Shown one piece after another: positions 1-9,600 of a stretch of DNA of 64,000 nt. Below the pieces are notes generated by a model that searched no databases, was not told the origin of the DNA, and saw only the letters and a list, made by a program, of their open reading frames with translations. The translations under genes and the position numbers were made by a program. The DNA comes from a virus (taxonomy: Duplodnaviria; Caudoviricetes). The stretch covers positions 577-64,576 of the IMG/VR virus record IMGVR_UViG_3300034106_005441. One strand, given 5' to 3'. Within the stretch, counting starts at the first letter, position 1; every line of letters starts with the position of its first letter.

Positions 1-1492
1 TTTTTCCAAACATGTCAATATGGCCTATAGCTTGGCGCCCCGTTAAAAATTGGTGCGCGGCATTAGAAATTACGGATGAGTGCAACTGGCCCGCAAAGCC
101 GACTTGACTTACCGCGTCTACGACGGCGTTTTTCATTTGCCGCAACACGCTGTCGGCAATCACCTCGTTGGTTTCAGTGCGCACGTTAAACGAGATGTTA
201 GTAAAGCAGGGAATAGCTGCTTTTACTAGTATGTCCGCCGCTCTTGGCCTGTTGTCGCGTGAGGTCAGCGTGTCGTGTATGTCGCCGATTAATGGCAATC
301 CTCGCGTTGTGACCGAATACATCGCTTTACTTTGATTTATTGTTAAGCCAGAAGAAAGCGTGTCGTTATCTTCAAATCGGATAATCGCGGTTTGATAGCG
401 ACTGTATACTCCTTCGTGAATGTGGATTACGTCTGGCGCATATGAAATTTGCGATAAATCAACGCCGCGTAGGTCTTGTGTGACCGGATAGCCATTAGTC
501 GTGCGATCTGTAATTTTTGCTACACGCGCAATGTCGTAAAATCCGGCTGCGGCATTTCTGGGAATTGCGACTTGCCAGATGGTGCCGCGCTCGCCGATGC
601 CGACATATGTAGCTTCCAGCACATGATCGACTTCTTGCGCGTAAGCGGCTGTTTGCAAATAAATATCTACTTTCCCGCCGCCTGACACTGGAAAAAGACT
701 ATGCTGATCTCTTTGCTGTTCGACATCACCGCAGCCCAAAACCGAGCAGTGCAGCAAATTTTTAAACGCCGGATAATTGCGAATAAACGCCTCGTAGCTT
801 TTGCGACCACCAATTGTTTTAGCAGCTAAACCCAAATTTAGTTCTTTTATGTATTCTTCGTTTGTGGGCGGATCTGCGCCGTTCACAAAATCGCTCGTAG
901 CAAAAACGCCGCCGACATTTCCCGGTATAGCTGTAGCTAAGAGCGCGGTTCCACGCTTTATGTTCGCGTTTCTTCCGGGTGTGGTCGACACAAACGGAAC
1001 GGAAGCGGTATACGTGCCGTCGCCGACCGGTATCATGACGCGCTCGGTATCTCGTGTCGTCACGCTGTCGGGCGGCAAAATTGTAAATGTGGCTGCCGGC
1101 CGAAACTCTATGTCGTTTGCAACATAAGAGAGATCGTCTGGAATTTCTGTTGTCACTGGCAGCAAAAAAATAAACGACGCAGCGCCTGTGGCTGGCGTGC
1201 CGGCTTTTCGGGTCAGGTTAAAATTAGACAGCACCTGCTCGACAAGCGCGTCTTCAGCTAGTGCCGGGTTTTGTGTGATTTTCAGCAAGCTGTTGCTTTG
1301 CATCACACGATCAATATTTTCTTTTACCGCCGCGTTTAAAACGGCGTTAAAATACAGCACAAGATCGTGAAACACACCGCGAGTAAGCTCAACTTCCGGA
1401 TGGCGCTCTTGCATCAACTGCGTAAGCGTAGCCGTCATGGCGGCTACCCGTGCTGGTGGAAGCTCTCGTAGCGTAGATATTTGTAATGGCAT
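1..1492 (-). CDS. Baseplate wedge protein, J/gp6-like (truncated by window edge)
   Basis: Not in the ORF track. I translated the first ~280 codons by hand from ATG at 1492: MPLQISTLRELPPARV...RGVFHDLVL...NFNLTRKAGTPATG...PGRNANI...FVNGADPPTNEEYI...GGGKVDIY, which are typical baseplate J motifs. The frame is assumed to stay open to the edge. Confidence 0.75.
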   Translation of the reverse strand, partial: MPLQISTLRELPPARVAAMTATLTQLMQERHPEVELTRGVFHDLVLYFNAVLNAAVKENIDRVMQSNSLLKITQNPALAEDALVEQVLSNFNLTRKAGTPATGAASFIFLLPVTTEIPDDLSYVANDIEFRPAATFTILPPDSVTTRDTERVMIPVGDGTYTASVPFVSTTPGRNANIKRGTALLATAIPGNVGGVFATSDFVNGADPPTNEEYIKELNLGLAAKTIGGRKSYEAFIRNYPAFKNLLHCSVLGCGDVEQQRDQHSLFPVSGGGKVDIYLQTAAYAQEVDHVLEATYVGIGERGTIWQVAIPRNAAAGFYDIARVAKITDRTTNGYPVTQDLRGVDLSQISYAPDVIHIHEGVYSRYQTAIIRFEDNDTLSSGLTINQSKAMYSVTTRGLPLIGDIHDTLTSRDNRPRAADILVKAAIPCFTNISFNVRTETNEVIADSVLRQMKNAVVDAVSQVGFAGQLHSSVISNAAHQFLTGRQAIGHIDMFGK

Positions 1493-1493
1493 G

Positions 1494-2015
1494 TCATTCT
1501 CGCGGAACTATTTCAATCGGCAGGATAAGCTCTCTGACGTCACCAGCCTGACTTGTAATTTTAACACCTAGGCTGAGAAAAGACGCGGTAGTCCCGCTAG
1601 CCTGCGACACGTCAAATCCAGGCAAAATTGCGACATTTAATAGCTCCGCGTCTCTAAATTTTTCGTCTGCTGGCATGTCGTTATTTTCCTCGGCGCGTAA
1701 ATTGCGCCGTACCTGCATGTTTGCCGCAGAAAATTGCGCGCGTACGTTAATTGGCACGCGAAATTGCCCCGTGCGGGCGGCGCGCATAAAATTTGTGCCG
1801 CGGCCGGGCAGGCCCGGCATCGAGCCTCTTTCTGTCAAAAACTCCAGCAACCAACGCTGTGACAATTTTTGTATGCCAGTTGTAATCGCGCCAGATGTTT
1901 TTTTGTTAAACAGTTCTAACCCTAGTTTTTTGTCCCTACGGCCAACTAAAGGCGCGGTTGTATTTTGTAGCGCCAAATAGTCGTATTTTCTGTTTACGTA
2001 GTCGCTAAGCGCCAT
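1494..2015 (-). CDS. Putative baseplate wedge/sheath initiator (gp25/W-like)
   Basis: 173 aa directly upstream of the J-like gene; TGIQKLSQRWLLEFLTERGS..GRGT resembles the gp25-like pattern. Confidence 0.5.
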   Translation of the reverse strand: MALSDYVNRKYDYLALQNTTAPLVGRRDKKLGLELFNKKTSGAITTGIQKLSQRWLLEFLTERGSMPGLPGRGTNFMRAARTGQFRVPINVRAQFSAANMQVRRNLRAEENNDMPADEKFRDAELLNVAILPGFDVSQASGTTASFLSLGVKITSQAGDVRELILPIEIVPRE

Positions 2016-2019
2016 CTTA

Positions 2020-2490
2020 TTAGTCCTCGCTGATCTTGGCGCCGAAGTCTATGGCCGCCTGGACGCCGTCTTTTAAAAACGAGAATATGCTTTTGTCTTG
2101 TTGGCCGTGCCCGTCTAACCTTCCATGCGCGTGGGCAGCGCACCGAATAAAACTTGCGTGGCGTGTTCTAAACGCGCGCTCCTCGACGGCCATAAAGTCG
2201 ATTTGCCATTTTGTCGCCATTGCGTCACCAAACGTACCGGCCTCATCGCCGTACTTGCCGACGATTTTCTCTGAGTAAGTTTGATTTAAATCATTTCTAT
2301 CCCATGTCGGGTTGTCGATAGACGGCACATCTAATATGTCTGTGACTTTTTCTGGTGTGTGCCATTTCCGGTATTTGGTGTGGTTGCGAAAATGTTCGGA
2401 AAAATCTTTCGCGCGCTTCTCCAAGTCTTTAATGCGATCTTCAAACTTAGGATCGACTTTGGCTTTTGCGCCGCTGGTTGGATGTCCCAT
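2020..2490 (-). CDS. Hypothetical protein (baseplate module)
   Basis: 156 aa, tightly packed between neighbouring genes. Confidence 0.6.
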   Translation of the reverse strand: MGHPTSGAKAKVDPKFEDRIKDLEKRAKDFSEHFRNHTKYRKWHTPEKVTDILDVPSIDNPTWDRNDLNQTYSEKIVGKYGDEAGTFGDAMATKWQIDFMAVEERAFRTRHASFIRCAAHAHGRLDGHGQQDKSIFSFLKDGVQAAIDFGAKISED

Positions 2491-2498
2491 TTTGCACC

Positions 2499-3308
2499 TT
2501 AAAAGTTGTGTTTGTATCTGGCGTCGATCATTGTTTGAATTTTAGCCGCACGTTGACTCACCGCACCCGGAGTAATATTGAGCCTGCGTGCTATGTCTTG
2601 TGTAGACGCTTTACGGCGACCATTTCTCCCTAGCGTCATGTCCATAATCAGTCTATCTGTTGGCGACAAGTCGCCGTATACAAATTCCATCCACGCGTCG
2701 GTGTGTTTTGTGTAGTTCGGGAGTGTGCTGCCGATGTCTGTGTTTGCGGCGTCGTCACTACCCGCAGATTGCAGCGCTGTCATACCCTCAGCTACAGGTT
2801 GATTAAAGCCGCGTATTTTTTTTATCCGGCGTGTAGACAGCCCGATAGCGTCAGCAATTTCATCGTCTGTGGGGTCGCGGCTCAGTGCGTCCCGAAGCTC
2901 ATTCTCCGCCGCCGACAGTCTTTGAAAGTCTAGCCCCACCTGCTCTGGTAGCGAGATAATGTTTTGTTCTTTAGCGGACAGCCGACGTAAACTCTGCAAC
3001 TGCGAAAGTAAATGTGTTTTTACGTTTCCTCTATTCGGGTCGTATGTCTGTAGCGCTTTCAGCGCCATAAGGCGCGCTTTGTTTTTAATGGTCGGGCTGG
3101 CGTTGGAGCCGGCGTAGCTATTTACAGCTGTGTCTACGATTGGCTGAATAGCGCCAATCAGTTTTGTGTTGAGTTCTGGTGTTTTTTGTTTTTGCCACTG
3201 CGGGTACAGCGTGTCAAAATCCGGCGACGCGCCGTACGTCGTCTGGCCAGAAAAAGGTGGTTGCACGTCGCCGAGTATGGATGGCATTCCGTTTTTAGCT
3301 GCGCACAT
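2499..3308 (-). CDS. Sigma-70 family RNA polymerase sigma factor, FliA/WhiG-like
   Basis: Region 2-like (ALKALQTYDPNRGNVKTHL), region 3 (LSRDPTDDEIADAIGLS) and region 4 HTH (LSPTDRLIM...STQDIARRLNITPGAVSQR). Confidence 0.85.
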   Translation of the reverse strand: MCAAKNGMPSILGDVQPPFSGQTTYGASPDFDTLYPQWQKQKTPELNTKLIGAIQPIVDTAVNSYAGSNASPTIKNKARLMALKALQTYDPNRGNVKTHLLSQLQSLRRLSAKEQNIISLPEQVGLDFQRLSAAENELRDALSRDPTDDEIADAIGLSTRRIKKIRGFNQPVAEGMTALQSAGSDDAANTDIGSTLPNYTKHTDAWMEFVYGDLSPTDRLIMDMTLGRNGRRKASTQDIARRLNITPGAVSQRAAKIQTMIDARYKHNF

Positions 3309-3343
3309 ATGTCACCTATACTTGTCCGGCAAAATTACCGGGA

Positions 3344-5212
3344 TCAATTGGCGTCGCCGCCTACTTTAACTGCCAGCGGCCCGCCCGGCCACGGAGAGCC
3401 GGGCGGCTCATCCTTGTATATCGGCGCTACTGTCCCTACGTAATGTTTTTTACTAGTAGTGTTTTTGATATCGTTTTCTTTTTCAGTTCGTACGTGACTT
3501 AGCGCGAACGACGTACCAGCTGTATGCTGCTCTGCGTTAATTACAAATGAAACCTGCACTACAGCGCCGTACATAGGCGTATTAGACTTGCCGATCTCAT
3601 TTATCGGAGGTTTAACTTTAACGATGCTGCCGGGAGCAATGTCAAAGCGCAGCTTACCCGAAAGCTCTCCATACCGCTGCCCAAGAATAGCAGACTTGTA
3701 CCAGTGACAGGCAAAACGGTCATAAATGTTTAAGTTCTCGCCGTCGACGGAGTCTTTAGAGTCGTCCTTGTATACCTTCTCCACTTCTTGATGCGACATC
3801 TTTGCTTCTGGATTTGTTTTGTTACCTTTTTGCGGACGGGCGGTGCTTCGGCCGGGCGTATACATGAGGTTATCGCGCGTGTAGCCTTGCGTGTAGACCG
3901 GATTTGCTAGCCACGCTGGCGGGTCGCGCACAAGTATGTTACCCCAGTGATCGTCAAACGCATTTTTGCTTACCGGGTATTGGCCGGCGGGCTTGCAGTA
4001 GCTTATTACAGGTATCGGAGAGCCGCCCATGGTCGCTCCCGCCGAGTCAGCTTGGGGCGCCCAATAAATAACAATAGAACTCATCATGTTGGCAAAATTT
4101 GCATTGAAATTAGCGTAGTTGTATTCTTCTCCGGTAATTTCAACATGATGCTTGTTCAAGCCGGGGAAAAACGGAATAGCCTGCGCGAACTCGACGCTCG
4201 GAGAAATGGCAAACAAAAAAGATGGCGCGAGATCGCCGATTAGCTTGCTCCAAATTGTGTTGTAACCCATGCCGTCAAGAATCATTCGGCACAGGCCCTC
4301 GTGCGCCGAAAGACTTAAAAACACAAATGGGTCGCCGCCGTCAAATCCTTTTAAATTTAGCGGTAACTTGGCTTTGTACTCTTCCGGTGCTTTACCCGGA
4401 ATACGATCTAACGCCGCGGCTGCTGCGGAGTTGTTATCGGAGGGTACACCCAGCGGCTCTGCTTTTTGACCGTCTTTGCTGGGACCCGGTTCTTTGTTGT
4501 TGTTGGCGTTGTTTCTGCATTGCAAACGTGGGTGGTTCATCTTTGTGATGCCAAGAAAAATTTGCTTGATTACCTTTTCCCACAAATCTTTTTGCATGTT
4601 TGCCTGCGTCACAATCGACCCGCCGCCGCCGCCAGATTCCGGGCGTTTATAGTCGATCATCGGCACAGCACGCGCACCAGTGCCGTTACGCTTACCGGCG
4701 CCTGAACCGCTACCGCCAACAAGGTCTGCGATTACAATAGACGAGGCAACTTGCGCAAGATCGTGTGGAACGTTCTGGGACCAATCGCCGTTGAGCATGG
4801 AGGAGCAGTTTAAATCGTCGAGCCAATGCACTAAATGAATTGTGTACGTGCAGTTGTTGTGCGCGCGTTGATAACCTATTCCGGCGTAGTAGCCGTCGAA
4901 AACTATGTAGCGGCCGTCTTCCATGCCGTTAATAATCGGCTTTTCTGTTCGTCCGCTTGTGGATTTAATTGTGAGAAAAACGGTACAGCGGTCGCGCGGT
5001 TCTAACTTTTCTGTGGCGTCGTGGATCGTAGCCTTCTCCGACGTGCGCACTTCTAAACCTGTAGCCACGTCGAGCGTGCAGGTGGGTATGGCGTTCAAAG
5101 CAAACGTAGCTGACATAGCCACGATGTCTTTAAACTCTGTTTCGCCGCCTTTGCGATGCTTAAAAACTGCGGTTAACTCAAACTCTGTACGGATATATGG
5201 TTCGTTAGCCAT
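3344..5212 (-). CDS. Putative baseplate hub / tail protein
   Basis: 622 aa in the baseplate module; VFDGYYAG near the N-terminus and LSGKLRFDIAPGSIVKV near the C-terminus resemble gp27/hub-type folds. Confidence 0.5.
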   Translation of the reverse strand: MANEPYIRTEFELTAVFKHRKGGETEFKDIVAMSATFALNAIPTCTLDVATGLEVRTSEKATIHDATEKLEPRDRCTVFLTIKSTSGRTEKPIINGMEDGRYIVFDGYYAGIGYQRAHNNCTYTIHLVHWLDDLNCSSMLNGDWSQNVPHDLAQVASSIVIADLVGGSGSGAGKRNGTGARAVPMIDYKRPESGGGGGSIVTQANMQKDLWEKVIKQIFLGITKMNHPRLQCRNNANNNKEPGPSKDGQKAEPLGVPSDNNSAAAAALDRIPGKAPEEYKAKLPLNLKGFDGGDPFVFLSLSAHEGLCRMILDGMGYNTIWSKLIGDLAPSFLFAISPSVEFAQAIPFFPGLNKHHVEITGEEYNYANFNANFANMMSSIVIYWAPQADSAGATMGGSPIPVISYCKPAGQYPVSKNAFDDHWGNILVRDPPAWLANPVYTQGYTRDNLMYTPGRSTARPQKGNKTNPEAKMSHQEVEKVYKDDSKDSVDGENLNIYDRFACHWYKSAILGQRYGELSGKLRFDIAPGSIVKVKPPINEIGKSNTPMYGAVVQVSFVINAEQHTAGTSFALSHVRTEKENDIKNTTSKKHYVGTVAPIYKDEPPGSPWPGGPLAVKVGGDAN

Positions 5213-6143
5213 TTTGTCCTCGCAGTTCTTCGGTGCGGTAGATCAGTGCTAACACCATACCCGACAGTTTGTACGCCGGCAACGGGTGATCAAACCACAG
5301 ATTCTTAAACGTGCGATACGGCTCGGCTTCTTCCACGCCGAAAATATCTAAATACACAGGTTCGCCTAGCAACTCTATAGCCGGCAAAACAGTCGTTATT
5401 GCCGGCGATGGGTTTACTTTTGTTTCTATTAACCATTGTGCGTCTAAGCCGTTAAGCGGTGCGATAAGCGACTGCGACGTGTCCGATAAAAACTGTTGCG
5501 CGTCGGGGTCATATGATTCGACAACTATAAGCCCGTCTAATTCTGTCAGCAGTGAGTCGTATTTGCTGTCATGCGCTAACGGGTTTAAACGCAGATTGAG
5601 TTTTGTGTCAGGCAACGTGATAACTGGCGGTGCGCTCAAATTTGATACGGCTACTGTAAATCTAGAATCTCGTTTACCCTGATATCGCACGTCTATTTCG
5701 AGTCGCGTCACGTTGTCTTCGGTGATCCGGCGAAGCCCGACAGTGTAAAAGTTAAAGGACTTGCCGATTGCGGTCAGCGCCTGTAAGTCTCCAGCAACGT
5801 TCAGTCGCTGCGGTCGGCCGTAGGTTTGTGTAATTAAAACTCGTTTACCGGCTGGCTCAAAATATGGTTTGCCGGTACGGGGCCAGTAAGTCACGCGCGG
5901 GTCCAGTCGGTAGACGTATTCTGATAGTTCTGTGGCGTGTATGTACGCCAGCAATTCGTTGACCCGAAAGTTTAAAAAATAGTTGTCGGGGCTCGCTCCG
6001 AAAAGCAATTGACGCAACGTATACAACGCGTTTGTTAGCTGCGCTGGTCGGAATTCGGGGGGTACGTACTCGTAACCGTAGTCGCTGTAGTGCATGCGAC
6101 TTCTGGGTACGTTTAACAGCAGTGTTCTAGCGTGATTGATCAT
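5205..6143 (-). CDS. Hypothetical tail/baseplate protein
   Basis: 312 aa, start and stop overlap the neighbouring genes. Confidence 0.55.
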   Translation of the reverse strand: MINHARTLLLNVPRSRMHYSDYGYEYVPPEFRPAQLTNALYTLRQLLFGASPDNYFLNFRVNELLAYIHATELSEYVYRLDPRVTYWPRTGKPYFEPAGKRVLITQTYGRPQRLNVAGDLQALTAIGKSFNFYTVGLRRITEDNVTRLEIDVRYQGKRDSRFTVAVSNLSAPPVITLPDTKLNLRLNPLAHDSKYDSLLTELDGLIVVESYDPDAQQFLSDTSQSLIAPLNGLDAQWLIETKVNPSPAITTVLPAIELLGEPVYLDIFGVEEAEPYRTFKNLWFDHPLPAYKLSGMVLALIYRTEELRGQNG

Positions 6144-6628
6144 TCGCCTTCCTTTTTAGGAAGTATTTCCATGCGCAGCGTCCAGTAACCAACGGGACCG
6201 GTGTCGCTTTGGTTTAAGTCTATTTTTACGCCAGTTAAAAATCCGTGTAACTCTACTGGCGCGCCGTCCGGCGGGGCGAGGACGACATCTAACGACTCTC
6301 CGCCTTTAGCCGCTGTTTTGTTGCTATTGTAGTAGTCGTAAATCTTGAAAATTTTTGCGCCCTCTTTGGCGCCGGGGCATGTTTTAAGAAAACCTACGCC
6401 GTTAATTGTTAACAATCCAACTCGGTCGCCGAAAGCGTAAAAATACACAAAATCATTTACAGTATGCAAAAACTGATAATTCCCTGACAACTCCATGCTT
6501 ACGCCGGTAACTACATACTCAGTTGAAAAATACTTGCCGTTAATTGTCACCATGAGAAAGTCGCTTGGCGTACAATCTTTTCGCGACACTTCTACCGCAC
6601 CGGTACACGGCGTAAAAACCATCGGCAT
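6140..6628 (-). CDS. Putative tail-tube initiator / distal tail protein
   Basis: 162 aa, beta-rich, immediately after the tape measure; YFYAFGDRVGLLTING echoes YYVGDRRRGTAQF in the tube protein. Confidence 0.5.
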   Translation of the reverse strand: MPMVFTPCTGAVEVSRKDCTPSDFLMVTINGKYFSTEYVVTGVSMELSGNYQFLHTVNDFVYFYAFGDRVGLLTINGVGFLKTCPGAKEGAKIFKIYDYYNSNKTAAKGGESLDVVLAPPDGAPVELHGFLTGVKIDLNQSDTGPVGYWTLRMEILPKKEGE

Positions 6629-6636
6629 AAGTCACC

Positions 6637-9600
6637 TCATGTCACTCGTTGACCGCTGGGCAGACCGCTGCGGCCCATGTGGCCGGTGCCAACGACAGGC
6701 ACGCCACCGCCGGGAGTGGCCACAGCTTTTTGCGCTGTCGCGTCGAGAATGGCTTCGTGCAGCCCCTCCAACCGCAGAGATCCGTTAAGTGTAATAGACT
6801 TGTCGCTTTGATCACCTGCGGCTGACGAACCAGAGTATGCGCCGCCGGCTTGATCCGGGCTCGCCATCGCGGGGTGAATGTTTGCCGAGCCGATGGCGCC
6901 GCCGCCGGCGTCCTGCTGCACATTCGATGTCTTAGCTTGTGGTAGCGTTGAACTCGCAGGCAATTCGGCCTCCACGTCGCGATCCACCAGACTCGCGACT
7001 AAACGATTTTCCGCCGCATTTTTGGACAGCGTACCCATTAAATCTTTTTGCATCGCTTGTCGCGCGCTAATAAGCCGACGATCTATGGGCGTTGATGCGG
7101 CTTTTTCCTTTGGCGAGGCGGCGGCAGCAACTGGTTTTTCTCCGGGTTCAAGTCCGGCTTTCTGCTGCAACGCGGCGTCGTTTTTCTGCGCGATCTTTTC
7201 GGCTTCTGTTTTATTTTCGCCTACCGAGACTTCGCGCCACGCCGGGGTAACACCGCCCGACTTATATTCTTCGTAATACTTGTCTCCAATTTGGCCTACC
7301 CGCCCCGTGCGATTTTGCGCGTCATCTTTTGCGCGATCCACAGTGTGCATCGCGTCGAAATATTCGCCGTCTGTTGGGCGGTCTATTTGCTTTCCTGCGC
7401 GGTCACGGAAAGGACCTGATATTGACGCGTAGCTGCCGTCTTTTTGCGACACAGACTGTGTAAAGTCTCTGGGATCAATATCGTATTTCTGTTCGGGCGG
7501 TGTAGCTGCGGCGCCTTCGGCGCCGGTGGCGCTCTGCTGCAACGCGGCGTCGTTTCTGTCTGATACGGCTGTCTTGTCGTCTTCAATTGGGACGCCAGCC
7601 GATGCGGCTGCCGCGTCGGCGTTTTGTTGCTTTATTGTCTCTGCGGTCGCTGGGTCTTTGTCGGCCGTTTTTGTTTCCGGCAAAGGTTTGTCGGCCGTCC
7701 TGCCCGCAGTGCTCTCCGGGGATGCCGCAGCCGAAGAAGCGGCAGTTTTCTCTTTTTCCGCTACGGCGTCGCGTTGCTTGATAAGCTCTTCGCGGCGCGC
7801 TTTATCGGCGTCCGTGATCTTGTCGTACAACCAATGACCTTCTTTTTTATCAATAGCGGCAATTTCCGCGTCGATGGCGTCTTTTGTCGCCGGCATTGGC
7901 GACCCCGGCTTTTGTGGCGTCGCTGCTGCGGCTGCTTGGTCAGCGCCGCCGGCTTTCGCGCCGTTAATGTAGACGTTCTGTGCGCTAAGCTCGACTTTGT
8001 CGGCTTTTTGCGATATACCCTGCGCCGTCTTTTCGTCTGTCACCTTGTCTAATTGCTGCAGTTCGTCGGCGCGCTGTACAGCCGTCACCACCTCTGCCAT
8101 TTGTTGTTCATTAGATTTTTTGTCGGCGTCTAGCAACTTGTCTTTTTCAAACTGCTCTTTAGTAATGCCGAGCCTATCTAAAATTGCTTGCGTCCCCTTT
8201 TCGCCGTCGGCCGACATAAGCTTATTGAGGGTCTCAGTGTCTGCAGCTAGTTCGCCGGCTTTTCCGCCCAACCCCGCGAACAATCTGCCGACAGCTGACC
8301 TAGCATTTTTTTGCGCGTCCTCGTTATCGCCGTGGTATACCCCCCGCTGGACGGCTTCGATGTCTTCTTGTCGGCCGGCGTACGTCACACCGCGTTCGTC
8401 TTTGCCTTCGAGTGCGGTGCCGATGGCACGCATGGCTCGACCTTTAAGCTCGTCGACAGTTAAATGTTCCTTACCGGTTTTTGCGTGTAATTGGTTCAAA
8501 TAATCGGTGTCGGCGTCTTTGGCGAATTGTTCGTTTTCTTTGATTGCGGCACGACGTTCCTCAATCGAAATGTGCGCGCCGGGGTTGCCTGTTAACCGCG
8601 TGTACTCAGCCGCAACTTTTTCTTCAGTGTCCAGCGACGCTAATTTCTTGTCGCGATTAGCTTTTAGATCAGCTTCGCTGACGACCACCTCATCTTTGAT
8701 GCCGCCAAGTTTTTTAAGCGCGTCTGTGTCGCCGTCTTTCGCCAGCTTGTCTATGTATTCGCCGGAGATCTGCACTTTATCTCGCATTGCTGACAATGTG
8801 TGCAGGCCTGCGCCCATTTCGCCGGCGTACTTTTGCAGCGTTTCTTGATCGCTGACAAACGGCGCCATTTCTTTCACGAAATTGCCCATGTCAAATTTTT
8901 CGCCGCGCTTGCCGATGTCCATAAAGTAATCGGACATCCGGCCCATTGGTGAAGACTCGCTGCCCAGCCCCACAAGTCGCTGGGTGGCCTTGGCGTGCGC
9001 GGCCTCCTGCGCCATCCCTCGCATACCCTTGACGTCGCCACCGAGGCCGTATCTTTGATACAGTTCTACAGTGTTTTGACCGTAGATGTGCTCCGACGCT
9101 TGACCAACATTACCTATAAGCTCGTCGAGCCTTGTGCGGTCAATGCCGCCCTTACCGTCGCCGAACATCTGCGTGACAACTTTTTGTGCCCTGTCTTTTG
9201 CCTGATCAGGCGTCATACCTTGCTGCTCAAAAGACGCGGCTATCTTGTCCGGCATGTGTTTCTCTAAAAACGATATTTGCTGGTCTATCTTCATGCCCGA
9301 CGAATCGACCACCATCCCGGCTAAAGTATTGCTCAGTTCAATTTGGCGGGCGGCGGCGAGGCCGGAATCTCCGTCCCCGAGTTCTTCGCCAAGCGCCGTG
9401 TCGCTGAGCGCGTTTACGACCATGCCGCCAGTGCCCTGTTCTCCGAGGGCCTGTACGATTTCGTGTTTTTGTGTCATGTAGCCCGCACCCGCTACGCCAA
9501 ATTCGTGCATTGTTCGCGGGTCGTAGACTGCGGAGAAGAACTGATTTGAGTTGCCGCCAGATTCCTGAATAATTGCTTGGGCGGCAGCAAATTTGCCGCG

